Shown: positions 38,335 through 48,598, counted from the first letter of the stretch. The stretch: DNA of 64,000 bases from a bacterium (GCA_021815445.1 JAKAGM010000001.1:154910-218909), one strand, 5' to 3'. Program-made: numbers and translations. The notes: generated from the sequence alone by a model not told the origin.

Positions 38335-39008
38335 TGTCCCGTATGGCTGTAATTGAGATTGCACGACTTACGAAAACGTATGACCAGGGCAAGCCAAATG
38401 AATTCTGCGCCTTGGACCAAGTCAACCTTCGCATAGAAAAGGGCGAGTTTGTGGCAATAATGGGAGTTTCCGGATCGGGTAAGTCGACTCTGATGCACAT
38501 CATCGGTTGCCTCGATACTCCGACTTCGGGGGAGTATCTGTTGGACGGGGAGCCCATCTCCTCGCTGCGCCAGTCTCAGCTCGTCAAAATCAGGAGGAAG
38601 AAAATAGGTTTTATTTTCCAGAATTTCAACCTTTTGCCCCGCAGGTCCGCTCTGGCAAACGTCGAGCTGCCCCTGATCTACAATGCACTCCGCTCGAAAG
38701 CACGCCGTGAAAAAGCGCACCGGGCACTGATGCAGGTAGGCATAGAGTCGAAAATGGAGCACAAACCTTCCATGCTCTCCGGAGGCGAACAGCAGCGTGT
38801 CGCGATTGCCCGTGCGCTTGTGAATGATCCGCTCATCATACTCGCAGACGAACCGACGGGAAACTTAGACAGCAAGAGCGGCCAGCAGGTCATGGAGGTA
38901 TTGCGAAAACTGAACGAACGCGGCGTAACCATCATTGTCGTCACGCACGATCCTAAAATTGCGCAGTATGCCGGTAGAACCATAAAAATAGAGGACGGAA
39001 GGATTTGA
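38334..39008 (+). CDS. ABC transporter ATP-binding protein (MacB/LolD type)
   Basis: GVSGSGKST, LSGGEQQR, ADEPTGNLD. Confidence 0.93.
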   Translation: MSRMAVIEIARLTKTYDQGKPNEFCALDQVNLRIEKGEFVAIMGVSGSGKSTLMHIIGCLDTPTSGEYLLDGEPISSLRQSQLVKIRRKKIGFIFQNFNLLPRRSALANVELPLIYNALRSKARREKAHRALMQVGIESKMEHKPSMLSGGEQQRVAIARALVNDPLIILADEPTGNLDSKSGQQVMEVLRKLNERGVTIIVVTHDPKIAQYAGRTIKIEDGRI

Positions 39009-39013
39009 CGCCT

Positions 39014-40237
39014 ATGTATGCCGTGATGGAAAATATCAAACTCGCGCTGCAGGCAATTTGGTCAAAAAAATTCCGGTCTTTTTTGACGATGCTCGGCGTA
39101 ATTATTGGCGTTTTTGCGATTGTACTGCTCATAGGGATCGGCCAGGGGGTAAAAAAGCAGATTACCGACCAGATCCAGGGGCTAGGATCCAATTTGTTAT
39201 TTGTGATTCCGGGAAAACTTGAGAGTGGAGGACCGCCGACCGGCGTCATCGCGAGCAGCACATTAACTGATAAGGATGTCACTACAGTCAGGGCAATCCC
39301 CAACGTTATCGAAGCTTCACCGGTCGCTATTATCGGATTGCCGGTGGCGGAAGGCACAACTACGGTGAAAGGTGCGCTGGTTTTTGGCTCAACGCCGGAT
39401 GTCGAGGACACTTTTACCGGGCAGGTGACTTCAGGCCAGGGGCTGGGGAGAATGTTCACTCAACAGGAATACGATGCCGGCGCCAAAGTAGCTGTCATTT
39501 TTTCTGGAGTTCGCGATCAATTATTTCCCAATGAAGATCCCATCGGGAAAAAAATCCTGGTGGGCAAGGACGAGTTGACCGTCGTCGGCTTCAAACAGGC
39601 GCAGGAATCAGGGAGCCTGTTCGGCGGCAATGAACTCTCCAATCTTGTCATTATCCCCCTGACTACAGCGCGTGGAATGACAAAAACAAATGAAATTCAT
39701 CGAATTGCCATTAAAGTTTCCTTGACAGATGCCGTCCAGGGGGTCAAGGACGAGGTTCATAAACGTCTCCTTGTCAACCACAGCGGGGTGGAGGATTTCT
39801 CAGTGCTCACCCAGAAAGATTTACTGAGCATTTTTGACCAGGTACTCAGTGTGTTAACGACGATGCTCGGCGGAATAGCCGCCATTTCACTGCTTGTCGG
39901 GGGTATCGGCGTCATGAACATCATGCTCGTATCAGTCAGTGAACGAACCAGGGAAATTGGGCTTCGCAAGGCTGTGGGTGCCTCAAGTTTCGATATTCTG
40001 CTACAATTCCTTGTGGAGGCGGTGGTGATCTCCGTACTTGGAGGAGCACTTGGAGTCGCACTTGCTACAGCAGGCAAGGTGGTTATGGACGTACGGTTTG
40101 GTTTCGCACCGGTTATTAATGTCCAGTCAGTCATTATGGCGCTTGGGTTCACGGTAGGAATAGGGATTTTCTTCGGGGTTGCACCGGCCATCCGCGCCGC
40201 GCGACTTCAGCCGATAGATGCCTTACGTTATGAGTGA
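39014..40237 (+). CDS. ABC transporter permease (MacB/FtsX-like)
   Basis: RSFLTMLGVIIG, GGIGVMNIMLVSVSERTREIG, PIDALRYE. Confidence 0.93.
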   Translation: MYAVMENIKLALQAIWSKKFRSFLTMLGVIIGVFAIVLLIGIGQGVKKQITDQIQGLGSNLLFVIPGKLESGGPPTGVIASSTLTDKDVTTVRAIPNVIEASPVAIIGLPVAEGTTTVKGALVFGSTPDVEDTFTGQVTSGQGLGRMFTQQEYDAGAKVAVIFSGVRDQLFPNEDPIGKKILVGKDELTVVGFKQAQESGSLFGGNELSNLVIIPLTTARGMTKTNEIHRIAIKVSLTDAVQGVKDEVHKRLLVNHSGVEDFSVLTQKDLLSIFDQVLSVLTTMLGGIAAISLLVGGIGVMNIMLVSVSERTREIGLRKAVGASSFDILLQFLVEAVVISVLGGALGVALATAGKVVMDVRFGFAPVINVQSVIMALGFTVGIGIFFGVAPAIRAARLQPIDALRYE

Positions 40238-40940
40238 TCAATCACCGGAAGCAAAAACCATGATTCGGTTTCGCGGGGTATCGAAGTTGTATCCCCCTGA
40301 CGTTACGGCGTTGAAGGACGTCACGCTGAGTATCATGCCCGGTGAATTTGTTTCTATCGTCGGTCAGTCAGGCACCGGAAAGACGACACTCGCAAAACTC
40401 ATTATCGCGGAGCAAAGACCGTCAAAAGGCCGCGTAATCATCGGTGACTGGGATATCACTGATATACGCTCCCATGAGATCCCAATACTCCGAAGGCAGA
40501 TAGGGGTCGTGTTTCAGGATTTCAAACTTTTGCCGCGCAAAACATTATTTGAGAATGTCGCCTTTGCGCTGGAGGTTGCCGGAGCTTCCCGGAAGAAAAT
40601 TTCATCTGTCATCCCGCAGGTGCTCAAGATTGTCGGCCTTGAAAACAAAATGGACCGCTTCCCCCGTGAAGTTTCGGGAGGGGAGCAGCAACGCGCTGTT
40701 ATAGCGCGAGCGCTCGTTCACAGGCCCAAGATTCTCCTTGCAGACGAGCCGACGGGGAATCTCGACGCTATCAACGCCCACGACATTATCGAGCTCCTCC
40801 GCAAAATTAATGAATTCGGCACAACTGTCGTGCTGGTGACGCACAACCGTGAGATAGTTAATATGCTGCACAAGCGCGTTATCACCCTCGACCAGGGCAT
40901 GGTTATCTCAGATCAAAAGTCGGGAAGGTATATTTTGTAA
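40230..40940 (+). CDS. ftsE: Cell division ATP-binding protein FtsE
   Basis: LRRQIGVVFQDFKLL, Walker motifs; precedes ftsX. Confidence 0.9.
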   Translation: MSDQSPEAKTMIRFRGVSKLYPPDVTALKDVTLSIMPGEFVSIVGQSGTGKTTLAKLIIAEQRPSKGRVIIGDWDITDIRSHEIPILRRQIGVVFQDFKLLPRKTLFENVAFALEVAGASRKKISSVIPQVLKIVGLENKMDRFPREVSGGEQQRAVIARALVHRPKILLADEPTGNLDAINAHDIIELLRKINEFGTTVVLVTHNREIVNMLHKRVITLDQGMVISDQKSGRYIL

Positions 40941-40949
40941 ACGTATCAT

Positions 40950-41867
40950 ATGTTTTTCCTCACTTTCTATCGAGCCCTCAGATTTGCCTTTCAAGGTTTT
41001 TGGCGCAACATCTGGCTCTCGGTCGTAACAATAATCATCCTCGTCCTCACACTTTTTTCTGTGAGCGTCGTCGCGGGCATCAATGTCGTAGGGCGTGAGA
41101 TGGTGAAATCAATAGAAAATAAAGTGGATGTCTCGGTATATTTTTTCCCGACAGTTAGCGACAGCGATGTCGAAAGCGTCCAATACCGCCTTGAATCTCT
41201 TGGTAGCGTTGCTTCCGTCACTCGCGTGTCAAAGGAGGAAGCGCTCGCCCAATTCAAGGAACGTCACAAAAACGATCCGACAATCACCGAATCACTTAAC
41301 GAACTCACCGACAACCCGCTCGGAACGACGCTGATCATAAAGGCAAAAAAAATAGAGGACTACCCGCTCATTCTCCAGGTGCTCGATGACCCTGATTATC
41401 AGAAGCTTGTGCAGAACAGGAATTTCGAGGACAACCAGAAGATTGTGGCCCGTCTCTCGGATATTTCAGGACGCATTCAACGCGGGGCGATTGCCTTGAG
41501 CGCCATGTTCATTATCATTAGCATTCTGATTATCTTCAATACCATTCGCATCACGATTTATACGCACAGGGAAGAGATCGGCATCATGAAGCTCGTCGGC
41601 GCGTCAAACTGGTTCGTTCGTTTCCCGTTTATCATCGAAAGTCTGCTCTACGGCTTAATTGCAGTTGCCATTACTCTCATCCTGGTTTTCCCGCTGGTGC
41701 AGCTTGTGTCACCTCAATTACAGTCGTTTTTCCAGGGTTACTCGTTTGACCTGGCTGCCTATTTTACGGGTCATTTCCTCATGTTTGCCCTCATGCAGGT
41801 CGCACTTGCAACATTCCTCAGTATGGCCAGCTCGGCCGTTGCCGTGGGGAAATATCTGCGTGTGTAG
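40950..41867 (+). CDS. ftsX: Cell division permease FtsX
   Basis: FNTIRITIY...EIGIMKLVGASNWFVRFPF. Confidence 0.9.
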   Translation: MFFLTFYRALRFAFQGFWRNIWLSVVTIIILVLTLFSVSVVAGINVVGREMVKSIENKVDVSVYFFPTVSDSDVESVQYRLESLGSVASVTRVSKEEALAQFKERHKNDPTITESLNELTDNPLGTTLIIKAKKIEDYPLILQVLDDPDYQKLVQNRNFEDNQKIVARLSDISGRIQRGAIALSAMFIIISILIIFNTIRITIYTHREEIGIMKLVGASNWFVRFPFIIESLLYGLIAVAITLILVFPLVQLVSPQLQSFFQGYSFDLAAYFTGHFLMFALMQVALATFLSMASSAVAVGKYLRV

Positions 41868-41937
41868 CGGGATTCCCAGGCTTTACAGGGGAGTAGTTTT
41901 TTTGTAGAGTGTCTTCAGGAACTCTGTTTTTTTATAT

Positions 41938-42008
41938 TCCGGGATCGTCTAATGGTAGGACACAGGCCTTTGGAGCCTGGTATCTTGGTTCGAGTCCAAG
42001 TCCCGGAG
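41938..42008 (+). tRNA. tRNA-Gln(TTG)
   Basis: TCCGGGA/TCCCGGA acceptor, CAGGC-CTTTGGA-GCCTG, GGTTCGAGTCC. Confidence 0.93.
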
Positions 42009-42077
42009 AAAGGGAAGCAAATATGATGAAACTTATCGAATTGAACGTGGAAATATAATCTTAATCACTTTTACCGT

Positions 42078-42914
42078 ATGAAACGTATCTTTTTTTTGGC
42101 AATCACATTAACACTTACAATCATTCTTACTGGTTGTGCTAAGAAAACCGTCTCGCCAACAGTTGCCAATTCGAATGCAACTCAAGCAACAACGGACACG
42201 GGTGGAGGAAATCGTAGGGCAGACGCGAATACAACGGGATCAGGCGTAACCTGGATGCAAACTGCCGACGGCTGGCAGACCAATGGCACGCCGCCGGCAT
42301 GTCCTGAGCCCGTGCTTCACACACCAACTGATCTTTCGGTTGTAACTTCGATTCTTTATCCCGGGCAGACTCGGGGAGGTGACTATAAACCGCACGGTGG
42401 TTTTCGGTTTGATACAGCCACGAGCAGCAATGAAACAGTGACTGCAGCGATGGATGGCCAGGTGGTCGAGGGCAGCCGCTACCTCGTGAACGGCGAAATG
42501 CAGTACATGTTTGATATTGTCGCTTCATGCGGGATGATGTACCGCGTCGGCCATCTTTTAGCACTTGCACCGAAGTTCCAGGCAATCGCAGAAACGTTTT
42601 CTCCTGCAGTGGAAGGCGATTCGCGTACCACAAATGTGTATCCGCCGATCAACGTGACTGCCGGAGAACAGATAGCAACGGCTGTCGGCGTAACAAAGGG
42701 CGGCCTCAATGTATTTTTTGACTTTGGCGTCTATAATCTGCAACAGAAGAATGCGGCGTCCCAGGATGCGACCTATGCCGCTACGCACGATGTCCAGTTG
42801 GCTCAGCGTGCCGTATGCTGGCTTGATCTTCTGCCAAGCGGTGATGCGGCGAAGGTGAAGGCATTGCCGGCTGCGGATCCGACGAGCGGAAAGAAAAGCG
42901 ACTATTGCAAGTAG
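42078..42914 (+). CDS. Lipoprotein, possibly with a degenerate M23-like fold
   Basis: Lipobox LTGC; KPHGGFRFD, RVGHL, VTAGEQIA. Confidence 0.7.
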   Translation: MKRIFFLAITLTLTIILTGCAKKTVSPTVANSNATQATTDTGGGNRRADANTTGSGVTWMQTADGWQTNGTPPACPEPVLHTPTDLSVVTSILYPGQTRGGDYKPHGGFRFDTATSSNETVTAAMDGQVVEGSRYLVNGEMQYMFDIVASCGMMYRVGHLLALAPKFQAIAETFSPAVEGDSRTTNVYPPINVTAGEQIATAVGVTKGGLNVFFDFGVYNLQQKNAASQDATYAATHDVQLAQRAVCWLDLLPSGDAAKVKALPAADPTSGKKSDYCK

Positions 42915-43004
42915 GAATGTCATGGAAATATCGATATCATTGATTGCATTTTCTTGAAATAAAATAGCGGGCGTAAAGTTTTACTGAATTTGATTAACCA
43001 AAAG

Positions 43005-43796
43005 ATGAAGTCTTTCGGATTATTTCTAAATGTCATAACGACCAACCGGGCGGAGATCGAGAAACGCATCTCATTTTTGGGGAACATGGAAAATCTTGGA
43101 CACGTGGAAGTCTGGCTTGAGCACACATACTGGTCGGAGGACGATAGCCGGTGGCTCAAGGAAAAACTGAAAAAATACGAGGTACTTGTTCATGCTCCGT
43201 TTATCAATCTCTCTTTTGTCACCGCACATGAGCAAATTAATATCGCCTCGCTCAATGAACTGAAGCGCACGTGCGACCATACGAGGATACTCGGGGGCAA
43301 GGTAATGACGCTGCATGCGGGCAGGAGGCCGTTCTATATATCAGATGTTAAGGCAAGAAAGATAGCCGTGCCGTATCTTCAGAACCTCCTCGATTATGTC
43401 GGAGGCGAATTTGAGCTTGCAATCGAGAATTTGCCCGCCAGTTCCGGAACGAGCTTTGGCTACCCGGTAACCTTGGATGAGTTTGAGAAAATGGCCATGG
43501 AAGTTCCCCGATTAAATGTTACGGTGGACATAGGCCATTGTCTGCAGAATAATGATGCTTATGAGCCTTTTTTTGAAAAATACCCAACAAAGATTTCCGA
43601 TATACATGTCCATAACGGATTCAAAAAGGGCACGGCACATTTTGGATTTGGGCAACCAGGGGATCTGAACTTGCGGGAATTTGTGTTGTATCTTGAGAAA
43701 GTCGGATATGCCAATTATTTCACCTTTGAAATATTGGGAGACGGAGACATTGAAGATTCTTGGCGCAGACTACAGGAAATAATTAAAGAACAATAA
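43005..43796 (+). CDS. Sugar phosphate isomerase/epimerase (AP endonuclease 2 TIM barrel)
   Basis: VHAPF, TLHAG, AIEN, DIGH, HVHN, FE motifs. Confidence 0.85.
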   Translation: MKSFGLFLNVITTNRAEIEKRISFLGNMENLGHVEVWLEHTYWSEDDSRWLKEKLKKYEVLVHAPFINLSFVTAHEQINIASLNELKRTCDHTRILGGKVMTLHAGRRPFYISDVKARKIAVPYLQNLLDYVGGEFELAIENLPASSGTSFGYPVTLDEFEKMAMEVPRLNVTVDIGHCLQNNDAYEPFFEKYPTKISDIHVHNGFKKGTAHFGFGQPGDLNLREFVLYLEKVGYANYFTFEILGDGDIEDSWRRLQEIIKEQ

Positions 43797-43810
43797 GTAC
43801 TAATAAAAGT

Positions 43811-43968
43811 TCTCGGCCCTAGTGGTGAGCCAGGTGATGCGGAAGGTTCATGTACCTTGCAGGTGTCGTGCGTAAGCATGTTTTTGCCTGCATAAAAAGG
43901 AAGCCTGATTTCATATCAGGGAGCCATAATTTAACGTTCAACATTGCGTTTTACTGTAAATTTTCGAG
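43811..43968 (+). ncRNA. Candidate structured non-coding RNA, family unassigned
   Basis: Intergenic; TGCAGG/CCTGCA stem enclosing CGTGC-GTAA-GCATG (GNRA loop), CCTGAT/ATCAGG hairpin, possible long-range end pairing. Confidence 0.4.
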
Positions 43969-44051
43969 GTTGACTCTTTACCCGCACAGTGTACCATTCA
44001 AAAGTATAGATATGAAACTCTAGGGAATGTAACATTTTTCAATCCTGACCG

Positions 44052-44645
44052 ATGTATACACCAACAAGGGACACCACCGGCGAAGCGGATATCCCGCGTC
44101 TCGTACGCGAGGCCCAAGAGGGCAATGAGGACAGCCTCAGCCGGCTGTACGAACTGCTCAGTGACCGCATATACCGTTATATTTTGATGCGCGTCAGCCA
44201 TCGAGAAACGGCTGAGGATATCACCCAAGTGGTTTTTATTGAAATGATTCGCTCTCTTCCCCGATATACAGAACGGGCAGGAGCGAAATTTAGCACATGG
44301 CTTTTCCAAATAGCGCGGCACCGGTTGATTGACCATTATCGGCGCCAAAAGACGGTTCTTTCGCTGGATGAAACCCTTGAATCTCATCCAAATATGCAGG
44401 TCGATCCTGCCCCACCACCGGACGATGCGCTGGTGAGCAGTGGAAATCTCACAAATCTCCTTAAGCATCTTTCTGAACGCCAGCAGACTATTCTCCATCT
44501 CTTTTTTCAGGAGGAGATGTCACTGCGGGAGATTGCTGATATTTTGGATATTTCCATAGTCAGCGTACGCGTAGAGAAGCATCGCGCACTTAAAAAGCTT
44601 AAGCATATGCTCTTGGTGAAAGATTCGCATTTACCACTGATATGA
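44052..44645 (+). CDS. ECF RNA polymerase sigma factor
   Basis: AEDITQVVF, FSTWLFQIARH, region 4 HTH. Confidence 0.92.
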   Translation: MYTPTRDTTGEADIPRLVREAQEGNEDSLSRLYELLSDRIYRYILMRVSHRETAEDITQVVFIEMIRSLPRYTERAGAKFSTWLFQIARHRLIDHYRRQKTVLSLDETLESHPNMQVDPAPPPDDALVSSGNLTNLLKHLSERQQTILHLFFQEEMSLREIADILDISIVSVRVEKHRALKKLKHMLLVKDSHLPLI

Positions 44646-45643
44646 GCGCAAAGAATGGCTACATTACAAATCTTTTACGAACGGCAGGACGTCCACATTT
44701 ACGCCCTGAATCCCGTGAACGCATTCGGCTGGCCGTTGTAGCGTCGTTTGCTGATGTAATACGGAATGCCGACGAACGATACAAGTATCAGACGGCAGAA
44801 TTTACTTTTTTTTCACCAAGCATTATGATACCCGTTATTATTGCAATCATCCTCGTCGTTGCCGGTGCGGGCACAGTCATCGCCTCCGATGCAGCAAAGC
44901 CGGGTGACGCACTTTTTGGTGTGGATAAGGCCCTGGAGCAAACTCGGTTGGATTTCACCATCAGTCGTACGGCAAAAGCTGAATATCTCGCCAATATCGC
45001 CCAGGAGCGAGAAAAGGAACGCGCACAGCTCGAAGCCGAAGGAAAGTCGCAGGAATCAGCTTCAGCCGACGTTGAAGTCGGGCAGGCTCTGGACACAGCG
45101 AAGCAGACTATCGACGAGGTCCGCACAAAGCAGGAGCAGGAGGGCGATAGCCACGCTGTCGATACGCTCACCAAGGTTGAGGACAAGCTCCTCGAGCTCC
45201 AGCAGCAGCACGAGGAACGAGCTCAGGAACACATCCAGATCGAGGTCAAAATAACCGGAGGTACTGCGAAAGTGGAAGTCCGATCTGCGGGGCTTGACGC
45301 AACCTTTACGCTCGCGACGACTGATGTCGAGCAGATTATCGCCCAGATTGTACAGCGCACAGGACTGACAGATAGCCAGGTGAGAGCTTCTATAAAGATT
45401 GAAAACGAAGATCAGGGTGACAGTCAGTCTGATTCAAATGCGGGCGAAAATGAGAATAAGAACGTCAACGAGCATAAGGACGAGAACAGCAATTCTAAAA
45501 ATGATGTCAATCAAAGCACTAATACCTCGTTGAACATCAATGCTTCCGCTCCGGACGGCTCCAGGGGTACTGACGCGAGCAATGAGAACCGGGATACGAA
45601 CACGAATACTGAGGGTTCGGGTCAGGACAACAGCGGAGATTAA
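44642..45643 (+). CDS. Putative anti-sigma factor with DUF5667 domain and acidic N-rich tail
   Basis: Overlaps sigma stop; TM; AKPGDALFGVDKALE motif. Confidence 0.75.
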   Translation: MSAKNGYITNLLRTAGRPHLRPESRERIRLAVVASFADVIRNADERYKYQTAEFTFFSPSIMIPVIIAIILVVAGAGTVIASDAAKPGDALFGVDKALEQTRLDFTISRTAKAEYLANIAQEREKERAQLEAEGKSQESASADVEVGQALDTAKQTIDEVRTKQEQEGDSHAVDTLTKVEDKLLELQQQHEERAQEHIQIEVKITGGTAKVEVRSAGLDATFTLATTDVEQIIAQIVQRTGLTDSQVRASIKIENEDQGDSQSDSNAGENENKNVNEHKDENSNSKNDVNQSTNTSLNINASAPDGSRGTDASNENRDTNTNTEGSGQDNSGD

Positions 45644-45710
45644 CCCGATACTGGCGATAGTTTTACCCATACAACACCGTACACTTAATAACGTTCGAGA
45701 ACCAAGAATT

Positions 45711-45738
45711 GCCCGCTTCTGCTTAGCGGGCGGTTTTT
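45711..45738 (+). terminator. Intrinsic terminator
   Basis: GCCCGCT/AGCGGGC stem plus T5. Confidence 0.7.
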
Positions 45739-45846
45739 GATGTAGCGGTCCGACGCATTGACAACGACTAGGCACATGATACGATAGTTTTCTCACAGCA
45801 GCCCAGAACTCATTGGTGTTTTCCACCGTTGCTCAGGAGGGATCGC

Positions 45847-46035
45847 ATGGATTCAAAAAGAGAGTTGGAACTGGCCGCTCAGTCCGTGAGCGCCAAGAAG
45901 TACGACGAGGCTGCCGCACGAAGCCTGCTGGTGATTGCCCGTTCGTTGCACAAAATCACTGATTTACTGGAGAAGCAGGTGAAGCCACGCCGTTCGCGTC
46001 CGAAACGGGCCGTCGCCAGGGCCAGACGCCGGTAG
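45847..46035 (+). CDS. Small hypothetical protein with Arg-rich tail
   Basis: Own promoter (TTGACA 45758), AGGAGG SD; 62 aa. Confidence 0.65.
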   Translation: MDSKRELELAAQSVSAKKYDEAAARSLLVIARSLHKITDLLEKQVKPRRSRPKRAVARARRR

Positions 46036-46161
46036 TTCATTTGCGAAGGTATGTTTTCCGCCGATCTCGCTCATCCTATACCAGGGTCCACGCTTGACCG
46101 GCTTTTTTATTACTAAAAAAATTAAGTTGATTTTCTGAGTATACTCGCGTATAATTTCCTT

Positions 46162-47034
46162 ATGCAGGCGATAGTTGTGGAAAATTTAACGAAACATTTC
46201 GGGAAGACGAAAGCAGTCGACGGGGTATCGTTTTCCGTAGAGCAGGGGGAAGTGTTCGGTTTCCTCGGTCCTAATGGCGCTGGCAAAACGACGACTATCA
46301 GATGCATGATGGATTTTATCCGTCCGTCAGGCGGCACTGTCTCACTTCTCGGCCTGGATGCACAAAAGGACTCTGTCGAAGTGAAAAAACGAGTCGGCTA
46401 TCTTTCGGGATATGTGCGGCTTTACGGTTCATGGACGGGTGATGATCACATCAGGTTCGCACAGCGCTTGAGCGGCAGCCACGACAGAGCGCAAGAGCTT
46501 GCCAACCGGCTTAATTTCAACCCCAAGGTAAAAGCCAAAGCGCTCTCGACGGGCAATAGGCAAAAGCTCGGCCTGATTTTATCGCTGTTGAATGATCCTG
46601 ACCTGATCATCATGGACGAACCGACCAATGCGCTCGATCCGCTCCTTCAGAACGCCGTCTATGGGCTCCTCGACGAAGCAAAGAAGCGCGGCGCGACTAT
46701 ATTTATGTCATCGCACAACCTGAATGAGGTGGATCGCATATGCACGAATGTATGCGTCATCAAGCAGGGGAAAGTTGTCGCAACGGACGCTATTAACGAT
46801 CTCAAGAAATTACGCCTCTTCAGAATACATGCACACGTGGCAGGATCCATATCGCCGGCGATATTCACTTCCCTCGGCGCGGAGGTCCTCGAACACCGCA
46901 ACGACCACATTACCATGAAGATCAAGGGCGACGTGACGCCTATCATCAAGGCGCTCAGCGGGTATAAACTTCACGATCTCGAGGTCGAGCATGCGACTCT
47001 CGAGGATATTTTTCTCGAATATTACCAAGCCTGA
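46162..47034 (+). CDS. ABC-2 type transporter ATP-binding protein
   Basis: GPNGAGKTT, MDEPT, SSH. Confidence 0.92.
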   Translation: MQAIVVENLTKHFGKTKAVDGVSFSVEQGEVFGFLGPNGAGKTTTIRCMMDFIRPSGGTVSLLGLDAQKDSVEVKKRVGYLSGYVRLYGSWTGDDHIRFAQRLSGSHDRAQELANRLNFNPKVKAKALSTGNRQKLGLILSLLNDPDLIIMDEPTNALDPLLQNAVYGLLDEAKKRGATIFMSSHNLNEVDRICTNVCVIKQGKVVATDAINDLKKLRLFRIHAHVAGSISPAIFTSLGAEVLEHRNDHITMKIKGDVTPIIKALSGYKLHDLEVEHATLEDIFLEYYQA

Positions 47035-47036
47035 CT

Positions 47037-47840
47037 ATGTGGACACTTTTTTTCCGCTATCTCCGGGACAGGCGCATCTTCATCATCGTGTTCTGTGTTG
47101 CTGCTATAGCCACGATGTGGATGTATATCGCGCTGTTCCCGTCGATGCAGCAGCAGTCGGCGACGCTCAACGAGGCGTTCAAAAGCTATCCCGAATCCCT
47201 GATGAAGGCGTTCGGCATCGAGTCGCTGACGTTTAACCGCATCGAAAATTTCATCGCCATGGAATACTTCAGCATCATCTGGCCGCTTATGGCGATTTTT
47301 CTCGGTATTTCACTTGCCTCAGGGGCAGTTGCGAGAGAAGTGGAAAAGGGGACCATCGAGCTGGTGCTAGCGCGTCCGGTATCGCGCCTTAAATTATTCG
47401 GCAGCCGTTATCTCGCCGGACTTTCCGCGCTTGTGCTGTTTACCCTGTTATCGACGTTTTGCGTCATTCCTATCGCCGCTATCCACCACGTAGATTACGC
47501 CCTCCGTAATTTTGTGACTGTCGCAATCCTTGGGCTGCTTTTCGCATGGGCGACATTTTCGCTCAGTATGATGCTTTCGGCATTTTTCTCTGATAAGGGC
47601 AAGGTATCCATGAGCGTCGGAGGATTACTCGTCCTGATGTACGTGCTGAATATCGTTGCGGCATTGAAAGCTAATTTAAAAGATTTGCAGTACGCCTCAT
47701 TTTTTCACTATTTCGCGTCCAGTAATGCATTGATAAAGAATATGCTGACTGTGGAATCAGTTTGGGTATTTATTGCCGTTGCGGTAGTATGCACGGCTAT
47801 CGGTAGTTGGCGGTTCAAGCAGAGGGATGTAGCTGTCTGA
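47037..47840 (+). CDS. ABC-2 type transporter permease
   Basis: EVEKGTIELVLARPVSR motif; 6 TMs. Confidence 0.9.
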   Translation: MWTLFFRYLRDRRIFIIVFCVAAIATMWMYIALFPSMQQQSATLNEAFKSYPESLMKAFGIESLTFNRIENFIAMEYFSIIWPLMAIFLGISLASGAVAREVEKGTIELVLARPVSRLKLFGSRYLAGLSALVLFTLLSTFCVIPIAAIHHVDYALRNFVTVAILGLLFAWATFSLSMMLSAFFSDKGKVSMSVGGLLVLMYVLNIVAALKANLKDLQYASFFHYFASSNALIKNMLTVESVWVFIAVAVVCTAIGSWRFKQRDVAV

Positions 47841-48016
47841 AGCCCTGCCAGGCGGTCTCGGAAAAAAGGAGAAGACTACCCGTTTACCAATGTTGAAGTA
47901 TCGAGGGATAGTAGTATTCCTGGGCCGTTTGGAGTTGACTTCGTTTTTTCCCCGTGTTACTGTTCAGCATAAACAACGAATTGCCCTTTTCATCAACCTT
48001 TCAACGAGAGGGTGTC

Positions 48017-48598
48017 ATGAAGACAGAGGTAATGTCGAATCGGAGCGAGCTGATTGTTAACCGCATTATTATTATCCTTATTGCCGGGCTGGTTATCACC
48101 GGAGCGGTAATGGAGATCGCATTCGCTTTGCATGCACACTGGGCTGTCGGCCATGCCGGACTCGCACTATGGGCCGGCGCGATCCTCTGGGTTATCATCT
48201 CCGGGGCGGGGTGGACAATGCGTGCGACATGGGGATCAGACGAAGCTCCGCTGTGGCTCCTTATCCCATTCTCCATATTACCCGTTCTGTCCGTTGGCGC
48301 AGTTTTTATCCCGGCGCTCCGGCCCTTTTGCGCTTGGTCGAACGCCGTACTTTGGACGATAATGATTCTCTCCGTGTACGGCATTTTGCGTGACGGCTGG
48401 GGATTCTCTTCGCCCGCGCAAAAGACGGATAAACCCACAGGAGATGAAGGGAAAGAGCAGATTGACGTTGTCGATCCTCTTCGCCGCAGCTTAGGTACTC
48501 TTTGCAATATTCTCGGTTTTTCCCGCCTCAGGTATCTCCCGAGGCGTTTTTTTCATAGGAAAAGCGTCTTAACTCACAACTTCAGCTGGCTTCATTAA
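48017..48598 (+). CDS. Hypothetical membrane protein
   Basis: Four hydrophobic segments; GAGAGGG SD-like element. Confidence 0.6.
   Translation: MKTEVMSNRSELIVNRIIIILIAGLVITGAVMEIAFALHAHWAVGHAGLALWAGAILWVIISGAGWTMRATWGSDEAPLWLLIPFSILPVLSVGAVFIPALRPFCAWSNAVLWTIMILSVYGILRDGWGFSSPAQKTDKPTGDEGKEQIDVVDPLRRSLGTLCNILGFSRLRYLPRRFFHRKSVLTHNFSWLH

Noticed and set aside
43811-43968. Assignment as SRP RNA or cobalamin riboswitch
   Set aside because: Only fragments match (CAGG..GGAAGG; AAAAGGAA..ACTGTAA); the SRP helix-8 and B12-box cores are not present
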